From contig OX597814.1 of NCBI GenBank assembly GCA_951406725.2, positions 157,294,001 to 157,358,000 of the forward strand: 64,000 nucleotides of DNA. Direction: 5' to 3'. This DNA is from Octopus vulgaris (taxonomy: Eukaryota). Position 1 is the first letter of the stretch, and each line of letters starts with the position of its first letter. This document shows positions 43,778-57,244 of the stretch, piece after piece. Under the pieces are notes generated by a model that saw only the letters and a list, made by a program, of their open reading frames with translations, was not told where the DNA came from and did no database searches. A program made the position numbers and the translations under genes.

Positions 43778-43874
<97 letters not shown>

Positions 43875-44320
43875 CATGCAAATTTAAATTTAAAATAAGG
43901 GTGAAAAATTGAATATTAATTTGATTAATATGAATTTAAAACCAGCGGTGTAGCATATAAGACCATAGCGGATCTTCTTCTAGCATAATGGATGTCCATT
44001 TACAGTTCATCCCTGTTATATAATAGTTTCAATTTAATAGTTTCAGTATTAAAGTGAAAGTATTAAAGTGAAATCACGGGATATTACAATAGAGACATAT
44101 TTTTCTTTCACTTTTGACATGTAATACTGACATAGTGGAGAAGACACGATATTGCTGCGGGCTCGCACTATGCAAAAAGTTAAAATTTGTTTTTGCCCAT
44201 GACACTACCTGCACCCTAAGTAAGGCATGTGTAAAATTTGAATGAAATTGGTAGTGTAGTTCTCAAGTTTTAGGGATTCCCACAGACAGACAGACACATT
44301 CTCAGTTTTATGTATATAGA
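40916..44320 (-). mobile_element. Helitron-like insertion block (one composite or nested elements) carrying SINEs and microsatellites
   Basis: Minus strand starts TC at 44320 and ends cacgggcaacgccggg..CTAG at 40916; the flanks rejoin to match the uninterrupted sequence at ~37405-37420. Confidence 0.6.
42400..43060 (-). mobile_element. Degenerate SINE plus a tandem partial copy
   Basis: Head ggtgtggctgtgtggtt near 43058; 42370-42620 repeats 42705-42940. Confidence 0.7.
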
Positions 44321-44506
44321 CATTATTGTGGCATTTACGGTTAAATTAGTAATTCTTACATATGCTTATATTTGGCTCATTTACATCGGCAGAAGTTAGA
44401 GAGTAAGTCAAAAGCTGAGAGTTTCATGTATTGACAATTATCAAACACGAATTTGGCCATTATCACTCTGTAATTCCTGCCTATTACTAATGTATGTATA
44501 TATATA

Positions 44507-44565
<59 letters not shown>

Positions 44566-44605
44566 ATACACTCAAACACACGCACATACACATACATACA
44601 TACAT

Positions 44606-44705
<100 letters not shown>

Positions 44706-45601
44706 ATAGATAGATAGAGAGAGAGACACACACATTATCATATATGTTGCTATAAAAACATCTCTGGTTATTAAAGAAGGGTTTTGTTAGGGGAGATTTT
44801 CAGTTTAAATTTTTTTGTTTTCGGAGATACATCATTTTGTCAATGGACCCGGAAGTTGTTGGTCGCAAACAGCAGCAATAATTTTCTTCAGGTGAATACA
44901 CGTCATTGATTGGTTAAAATTACCCAAATACGACAATTTAACACGAAATAACTTCTAAAATACAAACTTTAGTCAAAAACGTTAACATTAAACCCTTTTC
45001 TACGTGACATATTCTCCCAGTATCCGAAATTTCAAAGTGTTTAGTTTAAAACATTAATTAAAAAATCCGTGCATGAGAGGGAATACATCCCACGTGTCTT
45101 ACGATCACACTCCGTACTTCATGAAGTGGATCTTTATCGGGTAGATACACTTCATGGATTCAATTTTTCAGGCGATATGACGTTCATGGATGTTTACCAA
45201 AGGTTGTTTATCCGTTTTAACCAGTGAAAATGTTGGTTATGTGGGTATTTCTGTGTGTATTTGGCGTGGAGGAAGGGAAGGTGATGGGAAGAGAGGAAGG
45301 AATGATTGTTATATGGGGATCGAGGTGTGTGTGGTGATGTTGGACTTATTTTGCTATTCAATCTGCAGATATGAAGGATTGGTATTACATTCCTTTGTTC
45401 GATCTCACCTAAGCTATGATTCTTCAATGGAGTCTGAAATAAACGGGTCAGCAGGTGCAGCCACTACAGCCATCAACGGTTGGAGATTATAGTCTGAGTT
45501 GATAAATGATACTTTCTTAGGGTGACCTTTAAATTCTTTCTGGTCGTACAGAGGTATAGTGTATAGCATCCTAAACATTGGATGACTTGTTTATACATAT
45601 A

Positions 45602-46432
45602 CGAGAGGATACCCCTAAAGAACTGGAATTTTGCAATATTGTTATATTCACTTAGATTTACATGTTTACGCTTACACTACCTTCAAAGTTTCCTCCGTTT
45701 GAAGCAATGCATCGGTCCAGATATATTATCCATTGTTCGAAGTAGGCCTGGAACTCTTGCGAAGTGATACTTTTTAACACCTCCGTCGTTTTTCTTCTTC
45801 AATTCCACACCTCTAAATTCCGTAGCACCAGCTTTCCTCACCAGTGATGACCTTCGGAAAAAAGGTCCGGATCAACTTCCAGCTGTTCTTTCAGTTCATG
45901 ATACGCATTCAGTCGTGACTGTTTTTTATCTTGCATGAGTAAGCAAGGCACAGATCTTGCTACAACTGTTTTCATTCGTACTGCCTAGTTCAACAATCTT
46001 TGGCAGGAGCTTCAGGATACAGTATTCAATTGTTCGTCAATTATTCGGTGCCATTCCTTCACAATCAGTTCACGAATTTACATTATGTTTTTATTCGTTT
46101 GGAAGGTCAACGCTCACCTTGAATGGGGTGGGTCTTCATGCGACAAGTGACCATTCCTAAAGCGTTAAAACCACACGGACATTTCTGCTTTGCCCATAAC
46201 AACGTCCTTGGAAGTTGTTTGAAGCATGGCAACTGTTTCGGCCGACGTTTTCCCCAGCAGAAAACAGTATTATACAGAATCATGCTATTCTGTCGTTTTA
46301 GCCGTCGCAAAAATCGACGGCAGTACGAAATTACCTGACGACGCCGGTCGGTGAACTTCTAGTGGGGGAAGCTTTGAAGTACAAAGGGTTCGTCCTACAG
46401 AGAACGTTTCCGGGTAATTTTGGTTACGTCCT

Positions 46433-46436
<4 letters not shown>
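45602..46436 (-). mobile_element. Internally deleted mariner transposon (left arm)
   Basis: Minus strand PDLF..VITGEESWCYG and LDRCIASNGGNFEG; degenerate TIRs next to TA. Confidence 0.8.
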
Positions 46437-46473
<37 letters not shown>

Positions 46474-47009
46474 TCCGAATTTGTGGAAATGTGTTTAGAA
46501 TAATATATCAGGTGAATAAACTTATGACATGGTCTGGTTTTCACGTATTTTATTATTGTATTTAAACAATTTTTTACTCTGTTGAAGTGTGTTAAACATT
46601 AAAAAAATATATGGTAGTGTTAATAAAGATCAATTAGCGCTTTCAAACGTTCGTAGTAACCATCAAATTTCAAAATGTATTTAACTGACAGCTGAATTCT
46701 TGACAACTGTAGTAAAATGACTTCTTCCTCTTTCTACTTTATAGAAGGTTCCGACTAGCTGGATTTTTGGAATACAGTTTCGAGCAATCAAAATACTGCT
46801 TAAACGTCACGGTTTTCCGGGCGCACTGATATTACTGGCATAGATCCCGCCTTTATTTTATCCAGTTAGCTTCTCGTTTACATGTAATAGTTTTATTGGT
46901 GAGTAAACTTAGTTTCTATTTCAATCGGTGGGTGTTTTCTGTAATTTGTTTATATTCATATGTTAAAGATATTTTTTAATCCACATCATTAACTGGTTGT
47001 TATATTATT

Positions 47010-47900
47010 GCTGTTATTATTGCCTTTGTTAATAGTTTCTTTAGGCTATGGGATTGCCTTTTTTTAAAGATAAGTGTTTGATACTTTATTATGTTTTTTT
47101 AATGTTTCACTTTGTTTCATGATTGGCAAATTTGTTTTTGGTGATGTTAAAAATGTTCTGGTGATGCGAATTGTGTTACTAGAAATGGTATTGTATTCCG
47201 TTGTTGACTTCGTCTTTCTCAGGTTGTCCTCAGTTGTTCTAATGGTATCTCTTTTGCTCGTTGTAGGCTATTTTCTATAACTCGGAGAAACTGTTTTTGC
47301 TTGAGCAGAAATAATTTCAGTTCTACAAGTTGTATGTTGCTGCTATTTGTATCATCTACTATAATACACATTTTCCTAGCTAGACTGTACGGAATGTTGC
47401 GTTTTCTTTGTGTTGGGTGGCATGATTTAAAATTTAGGTAGTGGTGTGTATCTGCTCTTTTGTAATAAATATTAGTTGTGATTATGTTGCTGTTTTTAAT
47501 TACCAATTATGCCAAGAAGTGGTAATTGTGTGTTACTAATTTCTCTTGTGAATTTAAGACTAAGGTGTAGATTGTGGCGGAGGGTGTTGAATTCTTCCAG
47601 ATTTTGCAGGGATTTGGTCCAAATTAGGACCAATCATCGAGATATGGGGGACGTGATTTGCTCCAGATTTTGTGAACTCAATATTGGGATACTTGGGACA
47701 AACATTGTATCACAAAATTGCAGAAAAACTACGGCATGACCTTTAGATGACATATAGAGGGCAGATGGGAAAGATACCTCGATGATTGTTTCCGAATTTG
47801 GATCAAATTTCGTTGAAAATCCGGAAAAATTCAGCACTCTTAACAATCTACGCTGTAGTCTCAAATTCACAAGAAAAATGAGCAACAAAAGGGATAGATA
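47010..47900 (-). mobile_element. Degraded PLE, left-arm copy with ~400 bp deleted
   Basis: HHYLNFKSCHPTQRKRNIPYSLARKMC homologous to the ORF at 13204; inverted RT piece at ~47640-47890. Confidence 0.85.
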
Positions 47901-49946
47901 GTTCAGCTTGCTGTTCTCGAATCCCGTAAATATTATGAGGTCAGTGCATTTAGTGGCTTTCAGTGTTAGATTTTGTCACATATTTCTAGCAGCACCGGTA
48001 CTATTTTGCTTCCCCATTTATTAATCTCTATTGGCTTTTAATTCCTAACGAGCCACTTGTATTATAATGTATTTAATATATCTTAATATATTAACATATT
48101 ATTAAAAACCGTTAGATTCACTTCAACATTTAAATTTTGTTTGTCAAAATATTTTCATCGCTTTGAAACCGCGACCTTTTCATTGACACTAAATCTAACG
48201 GTTTTCGTTTGTTTTCAAATGACTTATAAACAATTACCACGCTGCAATTGTTTTTGTATTAGCACACCATGATCTTAGATCAAGTCCCTCAGTTGCACTG
48301 ATAGAGCTTCAGGAATATAAAATTAAGAAGAGAAAACAAATTCGAAGGCCAATGTATATATTCATTCAATCCGTATTAACGAAGTTCTTCATGGTTTACA
48401 AAGTGCATACATAGATGCATCCATCTATATGATATATAAACATTTCTAAGAATTCATAAATTCATACATATACACGAAAATTTATAAATATATAAAAATT
48501 CATGCCATGATAAAAATTTATAAACGCATAAATATTCATAAATGTAAATATATAAAAACTGTGTCAATCCATAAATGCACTGGCGAAGTCCCAATGAAAA
48601 GGGCGATGAAGCGGATGTAAAGGAGTCTGGAACATGTATAAAGTCTATGTATAAAGGCTTACGGCCATTTCGAAAAGATATAGGTTTCAATGGGCGAGCT
48701 AACTCCAACCGTAGCAATATTCTATATTTCTCTCATCGCAGTTAATAGAATCACATGGTTAAAGTTTTAAAAGAAATGTTTGGTTAAATGATTTAAAGAA
48801 TCAAATCTTTGATCGGACCATTCTTTTGGGGCATAGAAAGTTAAAATGTATTACGACACAGTGTATAATGTAAGGTATATTACGACGCTATGTATAAAAT
48901 ATAAAGCTTTAGAAGAGTCCATAATATGAAGTAAGGCTAAACTAGAACCCTGTAGTTTAATTATTCTTGAAAAATTCAAACGTTGGAAAATATTTGTATG
49001 TACAGGTAATTATAACGTCAGATATTTTATTGAGTAAACTGTTTTTGTTGGCTCGGATTATGTGCCTCTTTCGTGCACAAATCGTAATTCTTCGTGTGTG
49101 TATTATATGTTTGCTTCCCTTATTATAAATCAATACATATTGAATTGTTTGTTGTTCATTTTTAGTCTATTGATGTAAGTTGCTAGTGTAGTTGAGATAT
49201 TTGTTTCGTGGTTAGTGAACGAGTTTAAAAAGATAAATACACCTTAGATATTCTTAACTGACTTTTATATGTCTTACCCCCGCCAACCACTTAGACCCTC
49301 TGAAGAAGCCTAGGGGGCACATCCATTATCTAAGTCTTATCTGCTCATCACTGCATAACACTGAAAAGATGGAGATAACCTGGAAGATTTCGTTGCCTGT
49401 TGGCAGCAACGGCCGTAAGGAACTAGCAACTGCACACCCATTTAGTTTTTTACCAATTTGCTCATGTGCTCAGTTGCACATTTGTTTCTATATGCTTTTA
49501 TGTATTCACACCCTTGCTTTGCTCTTACCAGATGATTCCACTCTCTAATCTGTACCACTCATACATGTGTGTGCATTCATCCAATACAATTTTTATTTAT
49601 AAACAAATGACTGAAAAAGATGAGCTAACCTCAGGCTGAATCAAACTCACAAATCGATGCCTTCATGGTTCCTTGAGTATCTGATTGGCCAAACGCTTGA
49701 GTTCCTTGAGTATCTGATTGGCCAAACGCACCAATCAATGTCATATATATACTTAAAATGTCTTGATACTACTTAAATAATATTTTTATAAACAAACCCG
49801 AAAGCTCTTGCGAGCTATTATGGAAGGCTCATAGTATAATAACTGTATATAATATATATCATAAAGATATTTATTCTCCGATTTGAAGCGACAATTTTTA
49901 GATATAAACAAACGACCGAATAATAATGAGTTCGCCTCATTACATA

Positions 49947-49994
<48 letters not shown>

Positions 49995-50697
49995 ATCCAA
50001 ACAAGAAAACACAGAAAAAAACACAGCAACGCGAGGACGTGGAACAATTTAAGTATTATTTGACGCTCAAGTATGTGTGTGTGTGTATGTGTGTATGTGC
50101 ATATATAAACGCCACGCATCCATTTCCAATTAAGTTTTATCTTAATATTCCGATGCGCACTTCTAATCTATATCTAATCTTTCTATCTCCTTCTCTTCTT
50201 CTTCCTTTCTGTTGTTATCTCCCACCCTTTCCCTATTCTTCTCCTCTCCCCTTCACCGTTCTATCTCTATCTCACTCTTCCTCCTTGATTCTCTCGTTGC
50301 TCTCACGTCGCCAATGGCTATCCATGTTTCTTCCACTTCCAAATTTTATTTTATTTGCTTTGCGTGATGGACTGGTTTTTTTAAACGAAGTTGCTTCCTG
50401 TCCCTACCTTCAAAACGCGGAGTAGATAAAACAGGGGACATCTGATGAAGGAAATGTTCTTTATATTGTCTCTCTCGTTTCACTATTTGTTTATTTCGTT
50501 GTTCGAAAAATAAGTTCGTTTTCTATGTTTTTATAGTTCTCGTTTCTCTTTTCCTTCACGGTTTTTTGATGTCCTGTCCCCATATATGCAACTGTATATA
50601 CATATATATGTAGGTACGTACATATATGTATGTATACATGCATATATTTATATATTATTTATATTACACACACATATATATATACATATATATATGT

Positions 50698-50772
<75 letters not shown>

Positions 50773-51313
50773 TCAGGTATGATATGAGCCTTTTTAGAAC
50801 TCGTATCCACAACAAACAATTAAAAATGGAGAAATGAAGGTGTTAAAAGTTTTATAAAATTTTACTCTATGCATACGATCATTTGGAACGGTAATATTAA
50901 CATGTAAGAAATATAGAAACAACTTTAAATTAATTTAATTATAATTATACTTAAATTAATTACATATTACCGTTACATATGCCTCTATGCATCTTTTTTA
51001 TCATCTTCCCCCACAATTTTCTACTTTCTTATCCGTAATTTATTCCATTTGTATATATTTATAGTATTTCCACATTCTTTTCTTTTTACTAGTATTAAAA
51101 TTATTCTTATTTTTCTATCATTGATAATTATAATTTCTATTTCTAACGTCTTTTCAACACCATTTAATATAATTAATAGATTATACGTTATATTCTATAT
51201 ATTACTTATAAAACTTAAGAACTTTATACATATACGTATGTTACATATTATTCATATTATCATAAATATATATATGGATGTACATATGTCTGTATACATC
51301 TGCATATGCTCAC

Positions 51314-51388
<75 letters not shown>

Positions 51389-51533
51389 AATAATATATAT
51401 ATATATATACATATATATACATATATATATATGTATATATACATATATATATATGTATATATATATATATGTATATATATATTTATGTTTATATATATAT
51501 GTATATATATATATATTTATGTATATATATATG

Positions 51534-51583
<50 letters not shown>

Positions 51584-51624
51584 ATATCATATATATATAT
51601 CATATATATATATATATATATATC

Positions 51625-53054
51625 TCTCATATCATCAAGGTATTTGAGAGGGTGGTGAGATCTCAAATAACCCAATTTCTGGAAAGCAACAGACGGCTGA
51701 TCTCCAACCAACATGGGTTCCGTAATGGAAGGGACTGCCTAACGCAGCTCCTGCATCACTTTGAGGACATTTTGAGAGCTTTGGGAGAGGGCTCCAACAC
51801 CGATGTCATCTACCTTGATTTCAGTAAGGCCTTCGACAGGGTCGATCACAAGATCCTATTGAAAAAACTATCCAACATTGGTGTCTCTGGAAAGTTACTG
51901 AAATGGATTAAGTGTTTCCTGACAGACAGATCTCAACATGTTGTAGTTGAAGGGGTAAAATCAAGCCCAGCCAAAGTCAGTAGTGGCGTTCCGCAAGGCA
52001 CTGTGCTGGGCCCACTTCTTTTCATCATTTACATTAATGACATTAATGACATCATCAAGCACAGCAACATAAAAATCTTTGCAGATGACTCCAAGCTACA
52101 GAAGGTCATAAATGAGGCGAGTGACCGGACATGCCTTCAGTCAGATCTACTGGCTGTTATCCAATGGGCAGAAAAAAACAATATGCTGCTGAACGAGGAT
52201 AAATTTGAGCTAATCCACTTTGGAAAAGAGGATGCCCTGAAACTCCCATACTCCCTTCCTTCAGGTGAAACTCTCGCGGCGTCCAACAACATCAGAGACT
52301 TGGGAGTAATTGTGGACAACAACGTAAGCTGGGCCACTCATATAAACACCAAAGTTGACATGGCCCGCAGAATGTGTTCCTGGATTCTCAGAACTTTCCA
52401 GTCGAGAGATATCCACACCATTATCCTTCTCTTCTCCACTTTTGCCCGACCCCACCTTGAATACTGTTGTCCACTGTGGTCTCCCCACACAATACAAGGT
52501 ATCAAAAAAGTCGAAGCACCTCAAAGGGCAATCACAAAAAAGATAGATGGCATGACAGGCCTCGACTATTGGGGTCGACTAGAAAAGCTAAAACTCTATT
52601 CTCTCCAACGTCGTCGTGAGCGCTACATCATCTGCATGATGTGGAAAATATTCCATCAGCATTGCCCAAATGATGTTGGCATCACCTTTAAGGTACATCC
52701 AAGGCTTGGGCCCCGTGCCATCCGCCCAAAACAAAAATCGCACTCTCATCTCATAACAACAATACGGCACAATTATTTCACCTCAATTGGCCCCGCTCTC
52801 TTTAACATTACACCAAAACACATTAAAACAGAAACTGACCCTATAGGGTTCAAGAAGTCTTTGGACAGATTCCTTCAAGAAATCCCGGATAAACCCCCTA
52901 CACCCGGATATGTCTCTGTAAACAATAACTCTCTACTTGAGTGGGCCATAGTGCCCAAATTCTGACTTGAAAGACTTCACCAGGTGGTGCTATTAAGTTA
53001 GACATGGCCTGGGCCAATAATGGCCGAAACCTATCAAAGTATCAAAGTATCAAA

Positions 53055-53055
<1 letters not shown>
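51625..53055 (+). mobile_element. 5'-truncated CR1-group LINE (family B) with uninterrupted RT frame to 52965
   Basis: [41 protein letters not shown]; tail (tatcaaag)x3; absent from the right arm. Confidence 0.95.
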
Positions 53056-53142
<87 letters not shown>

Positions 53143-53789
53143 GTACATATATTCACATATTCTTCTATCTTATTTCGTAGTTTCCTGTTCTTCTGAAATA
53201 CACCAGTATACGTAAAATTTATATACATATTATAAAATAATATTCTTCGCTTATATTGAAGCTTTATACATATGAATTACTTCTGATATCTATATTATAC
53301 TCATATTTTTCGCACCTATCACTCCATAATAATAATAAAAAAACTTTCTTTCATCCACTTTCATCACTACATGATAAGTTAGAACATTATTAGTAGGTGT
53401 CTCGAATAAAGCCAATAGAAATTTCTAAAAAAATTCCGTTATTGCCATATCGGACCCGATTCCATAGTTAATTCATAAGAACCTTCTCTTCATCAGTGAT
53501 AAATGAGGCAGAAGAATAAATGAAATACTTACTTATACCCATGGAAGAAGCATACACCACGTCATGAGCACAATTAAGAACCCCAAATATATCCAAAATA
53601 GAATTTCTCCAGCGCATCTCGACACACGTTCGATTCCAACTGAAAACTTCTACAGAGTGAGAGAGTCCGGAAGTGAACGCTATTAAATTTATATGTAATA
53701 TAGGATAAAACTTTTCGAAAAATTTCTATCAATGGCCAGCATATTAAAAAATACCTTTAAAGGTTAAGTTTATAAACAACTTATAAACA

Positions 53790-54230
53790 AGGAGGAGGTG
53801 GAGACGAGGCCGGTCATGAATAGTGGGGAACACAGTCTATTGGTAGTTAGACGTGGGGTAGGAGGGCAGAGGGCAATAGAAAGAGGTGTCCTGAAGTTGG
53901 CGGAGAGCTTGAGCTTTGCAGAGGTCTGCGCGCCACACCACTACGGCTTTACACTTTTGACCCGGTTTTATGATGATGGAATGGTCGGCTGCCCAGGCTG
54001 GAGAAGCAGTCCTTTTCATTAGATGCAGGTGGAGTGTTGTGGAATAGTGAGTGTCGCCTGGCACGGCGCACAAAGCTATGAATATCAGCACGGTTCTTTA
54101 AATTCGTTACTGGCTGGAGTGAGTGGGATGAACCGTAGACCTTCACTGAGAAGAGAGCACTCCGCCTTTGGGAGGGGAAGATCAGGAGGAATGGTAACAA
54201 CGTACTGAATTAGGGAGGGCGTGGATGAGT
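53790..54230 (-). mobile_element. Degraded PLE N-terminal/pre-RT fragment in the palindrome spacer
   Basis: VVTIPPDLPL..LLSEGLRFIP; IIIKPGQKCKAVVVWRAD..ALRQLQDTSFY..PT. Confidence 0.8.
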
Positions 54231-55073
54231 TAGACATTGAGGGGCGGTGGGGTAGTGAAATGCTGGTAGGCAGTGGAAGGCTGGGAGGAGAGAGAGGAGG
54301 AGTAAGTGCGAGGGGGTTAGAGTAGCGGAAGGGTTGGGGTGAGGAGGAGGGGGGCATGCTGAAAAAGTAGAAAAAAGAAAAGAAAAAAGAAGTAAAGGAA
54401 AGAGAAAGGCAATATATATGTGTATGTATGTATGTATGTATGTATGTATGTATGTATGTTCTCTGCTTAGAAGTCATCATTAATGATTGTTATTTTTAAA
54501 CTGAAATCATAAATATAAAAAATGAATGAATGATTTATATATTTAAGCTGTGTAACCAATTTCATTAATTAGAAAAATGCTTAATTAGAAAAAAGGCTTT
54601 TCTTACCAAAAGAGCATACGTGAGAAAGAAACTTAAAACATTTCTATAGAAGAATTATTCCATAAAATCACTTCAATAGCTTTACAAAATTTTAATAATC
54701 TTTAAAAATTTGTAAGGGAAAAGGAAAAGAGGTTGTCTTCGATTACTGCAGTTAGGTTTTATTCTATAAGAATATTTTGGCGTAGGTTTTATTCATTAAG
54801 TAATTCAAGTATGTTAGGCGGATATATCCTCCGTTGAAAAATGATTATCATATGAACTTTCCTTTTTCGCCTCGTCAAAGAACAGAAAGCTAGAACACGT
54901 GTTAAAGTCACGACGGTCTTTGGGATTAAAGTCACCAGTAGGAGTGCTTAGGCTATGGGGGTGATTTTGACAGTGCGGAAATAAAGACATTGTTAAATAT
55001 CGTGCTCATGACGTGGTGTATGCTTCTTCCATGAGTATAAGTAAGTATTTCATTTATTACTTTGCCGCATTTA

Positions 55074-55128
55074 TCACTGATGAAGAGAAGGTTCTAATGA
55101 ATTAACGCTGAAATCGGGTCCGATATGG
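55074..55128 (+). ncRNA. Partly degenerate hammerhead motif
   Basis: tca-CTGATGA-ag..ct-GAAA-tcgggtccga-TA-tgg; weak stems I and II; inverted relative at ~53445-53499 has lost GAAA. Confidence 0.5.
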
Positions 55129-57164
55129 CAATAACGGAATTTTTTTCGAAATTTCTGTCGGCTTTCTTCGAGACACGTACTTATAGTGATAAATTATATG
55201 GTTATTGACAAAGTGTCTATTTTCGGCATGTTTGGCATTAGAAATTTTTTGTTTTGCCCTTGTTTATAAGGTGCTTATAAATATAACCTTTAAAGGTATT
55301 TTTTAATATGCTGAACAATGATTGAATTTTTTTAGAAAGATTTTATCCTATATTATATATATATATATGTTTAATTTTTTAACTTATTATATAGTGATGA
55401 AAGTGGATGTAATAAGAAAGTGTTTTTTATTATTATGGAGGTGCAAAAAATATGAGTATAATAAAGATATGAGAAGTAATTCATATGTATAAAGCTCCAA
55501 TATAAGCGAAGAATATTATTTTATAATATGTATATACATTTTATGTATACTGGTGTATTTCAGATGAAAAGAAAACTACGAAATAAGATAAAAGAATATG
55601 TGAATATATATACATATATATATATAAATATATATATATACATATACGTATATATGTATATATATACACGTGAGCATATGCAGATGTATACAGACATATG
55701 TACATCCATATATATAATTATGATAATATGAATAATATACGACATACGTATATGTATAAAGTTCTTAAGTTTTATAAATGAAATATAGAATATAACGTAT
55801 AATCTATTAATTATATTAAATGGTGTTGAAAAGACGTTAGAAATAGAAATAATAATTATTATGGTAGATAAATAAGAATAATTTTAATACTAGTAAAGAG
55901 AAAAGAATGTGGAAATACTATAAATATATACAAATGGAATAAATTACGGATAAGAAAGTAGAAAAATGTGGGGGAAGATGATAGAAAAGATGCATAGAGG
56001 CATATGTAACGGTAGTATGTAATTAATGTAATTATAATTATAAATAAATTAATTAAAAATTTGTTCTATGTTTCTTACATGTTAATAATACCGTTCGAAA
56101 AGATCGTATGCATAAATTTTATAAAACTTTTAACACCTTCACTTCTCCATTTTTAATTGTTTGTTGAGGATACGAGTTCTCAAAAAGGCTCATAACATAC
56201 CTGATATTGACCGCGTGTGTACCGTTGGCGATTTTTTTCCTCCGTCTTCCCTTATTTGGATCTTTCCTTTTCCTATGTTTTTGACGAAGAGCTCCGCTCG
56301 AAACGTTAAGTTCTCCTTCTTTCCTTGTTTCCAGAGCGTCCAATAACACTATACTTGTTCCACGTCATCACGTTGTTGTGTTTTCTCTTTGTGTTTTCAT
56401 GTTTGGATTAAATTTATACATATATATATATATATGTAATATAAATAATATATAAATATATGCATGTATACATACATATATGTACGTACCTACATATATA
56501 TGTATATAAGGTGGCATATAAGGATACAGGACATAAAAAAAACCGTGAAGAAAAAGAGAAACGATAACATAAAAAAACATAGAAAACGAACTTTTTTTCG
56601 AACAACGAAATAAACAAATAGTGAAAGGAGAAAGACAATATAAAGAACATTCCCTTCATCAGCTGTCCCCTGTTTTATCTACTCCGCGTATTAAAGGTAG
56701 GGACAGGACGCAACTTCGTTAAAAAAAACCAGTCCATCCCGCAAAGCAAATAAAATAAAATTTGGAATTTTTCGGAGGGTTAAAGTGGTAACAAAAACAG
56801 TACAGTAAGAACAAAACAGTAAAAACAAACGGTGAGGGCTATTAAACCAAGACGATATGAAGTAATAAACCTGGAAAAGGGGCTTTGAGATGAGTACGTC
56901 TTGTCTTTAGGAAGGAAGTGGAAGAAAGATGGATAGCGTTGGTCACGTGTGAGCAACGAGAGAATCAAGGAGGAAGAGTGAGATAGAGAGAGAACGGTGA
57001 AGGGGAGAGGCGAAGACTAGGTAAAGGGTGGGACAGAACAACAGAAAGGAAGAACAAGAGAGGGAGATAGAAAGATTAGATATAGAATAAAAGTGCGCAT
57101 CGGGATATTAAGATAAAACTTAATTGGAAATGGATGCGTGGCGTTTATATATACACATATATAC

Positions 57165-57244
<80 letters not shown>

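Noticed and set aside
49295-50520. CTGAAGA (~49300) and CTGATGA (~50442) as further hammerheads
   Set aside because: No matching GAAA with closing stems could be assembled
51469-51624. N-terminal extension of the 498-aa ORF
   Set aside because: TA tract in frame by chance; LINE sequence starts at ~51625
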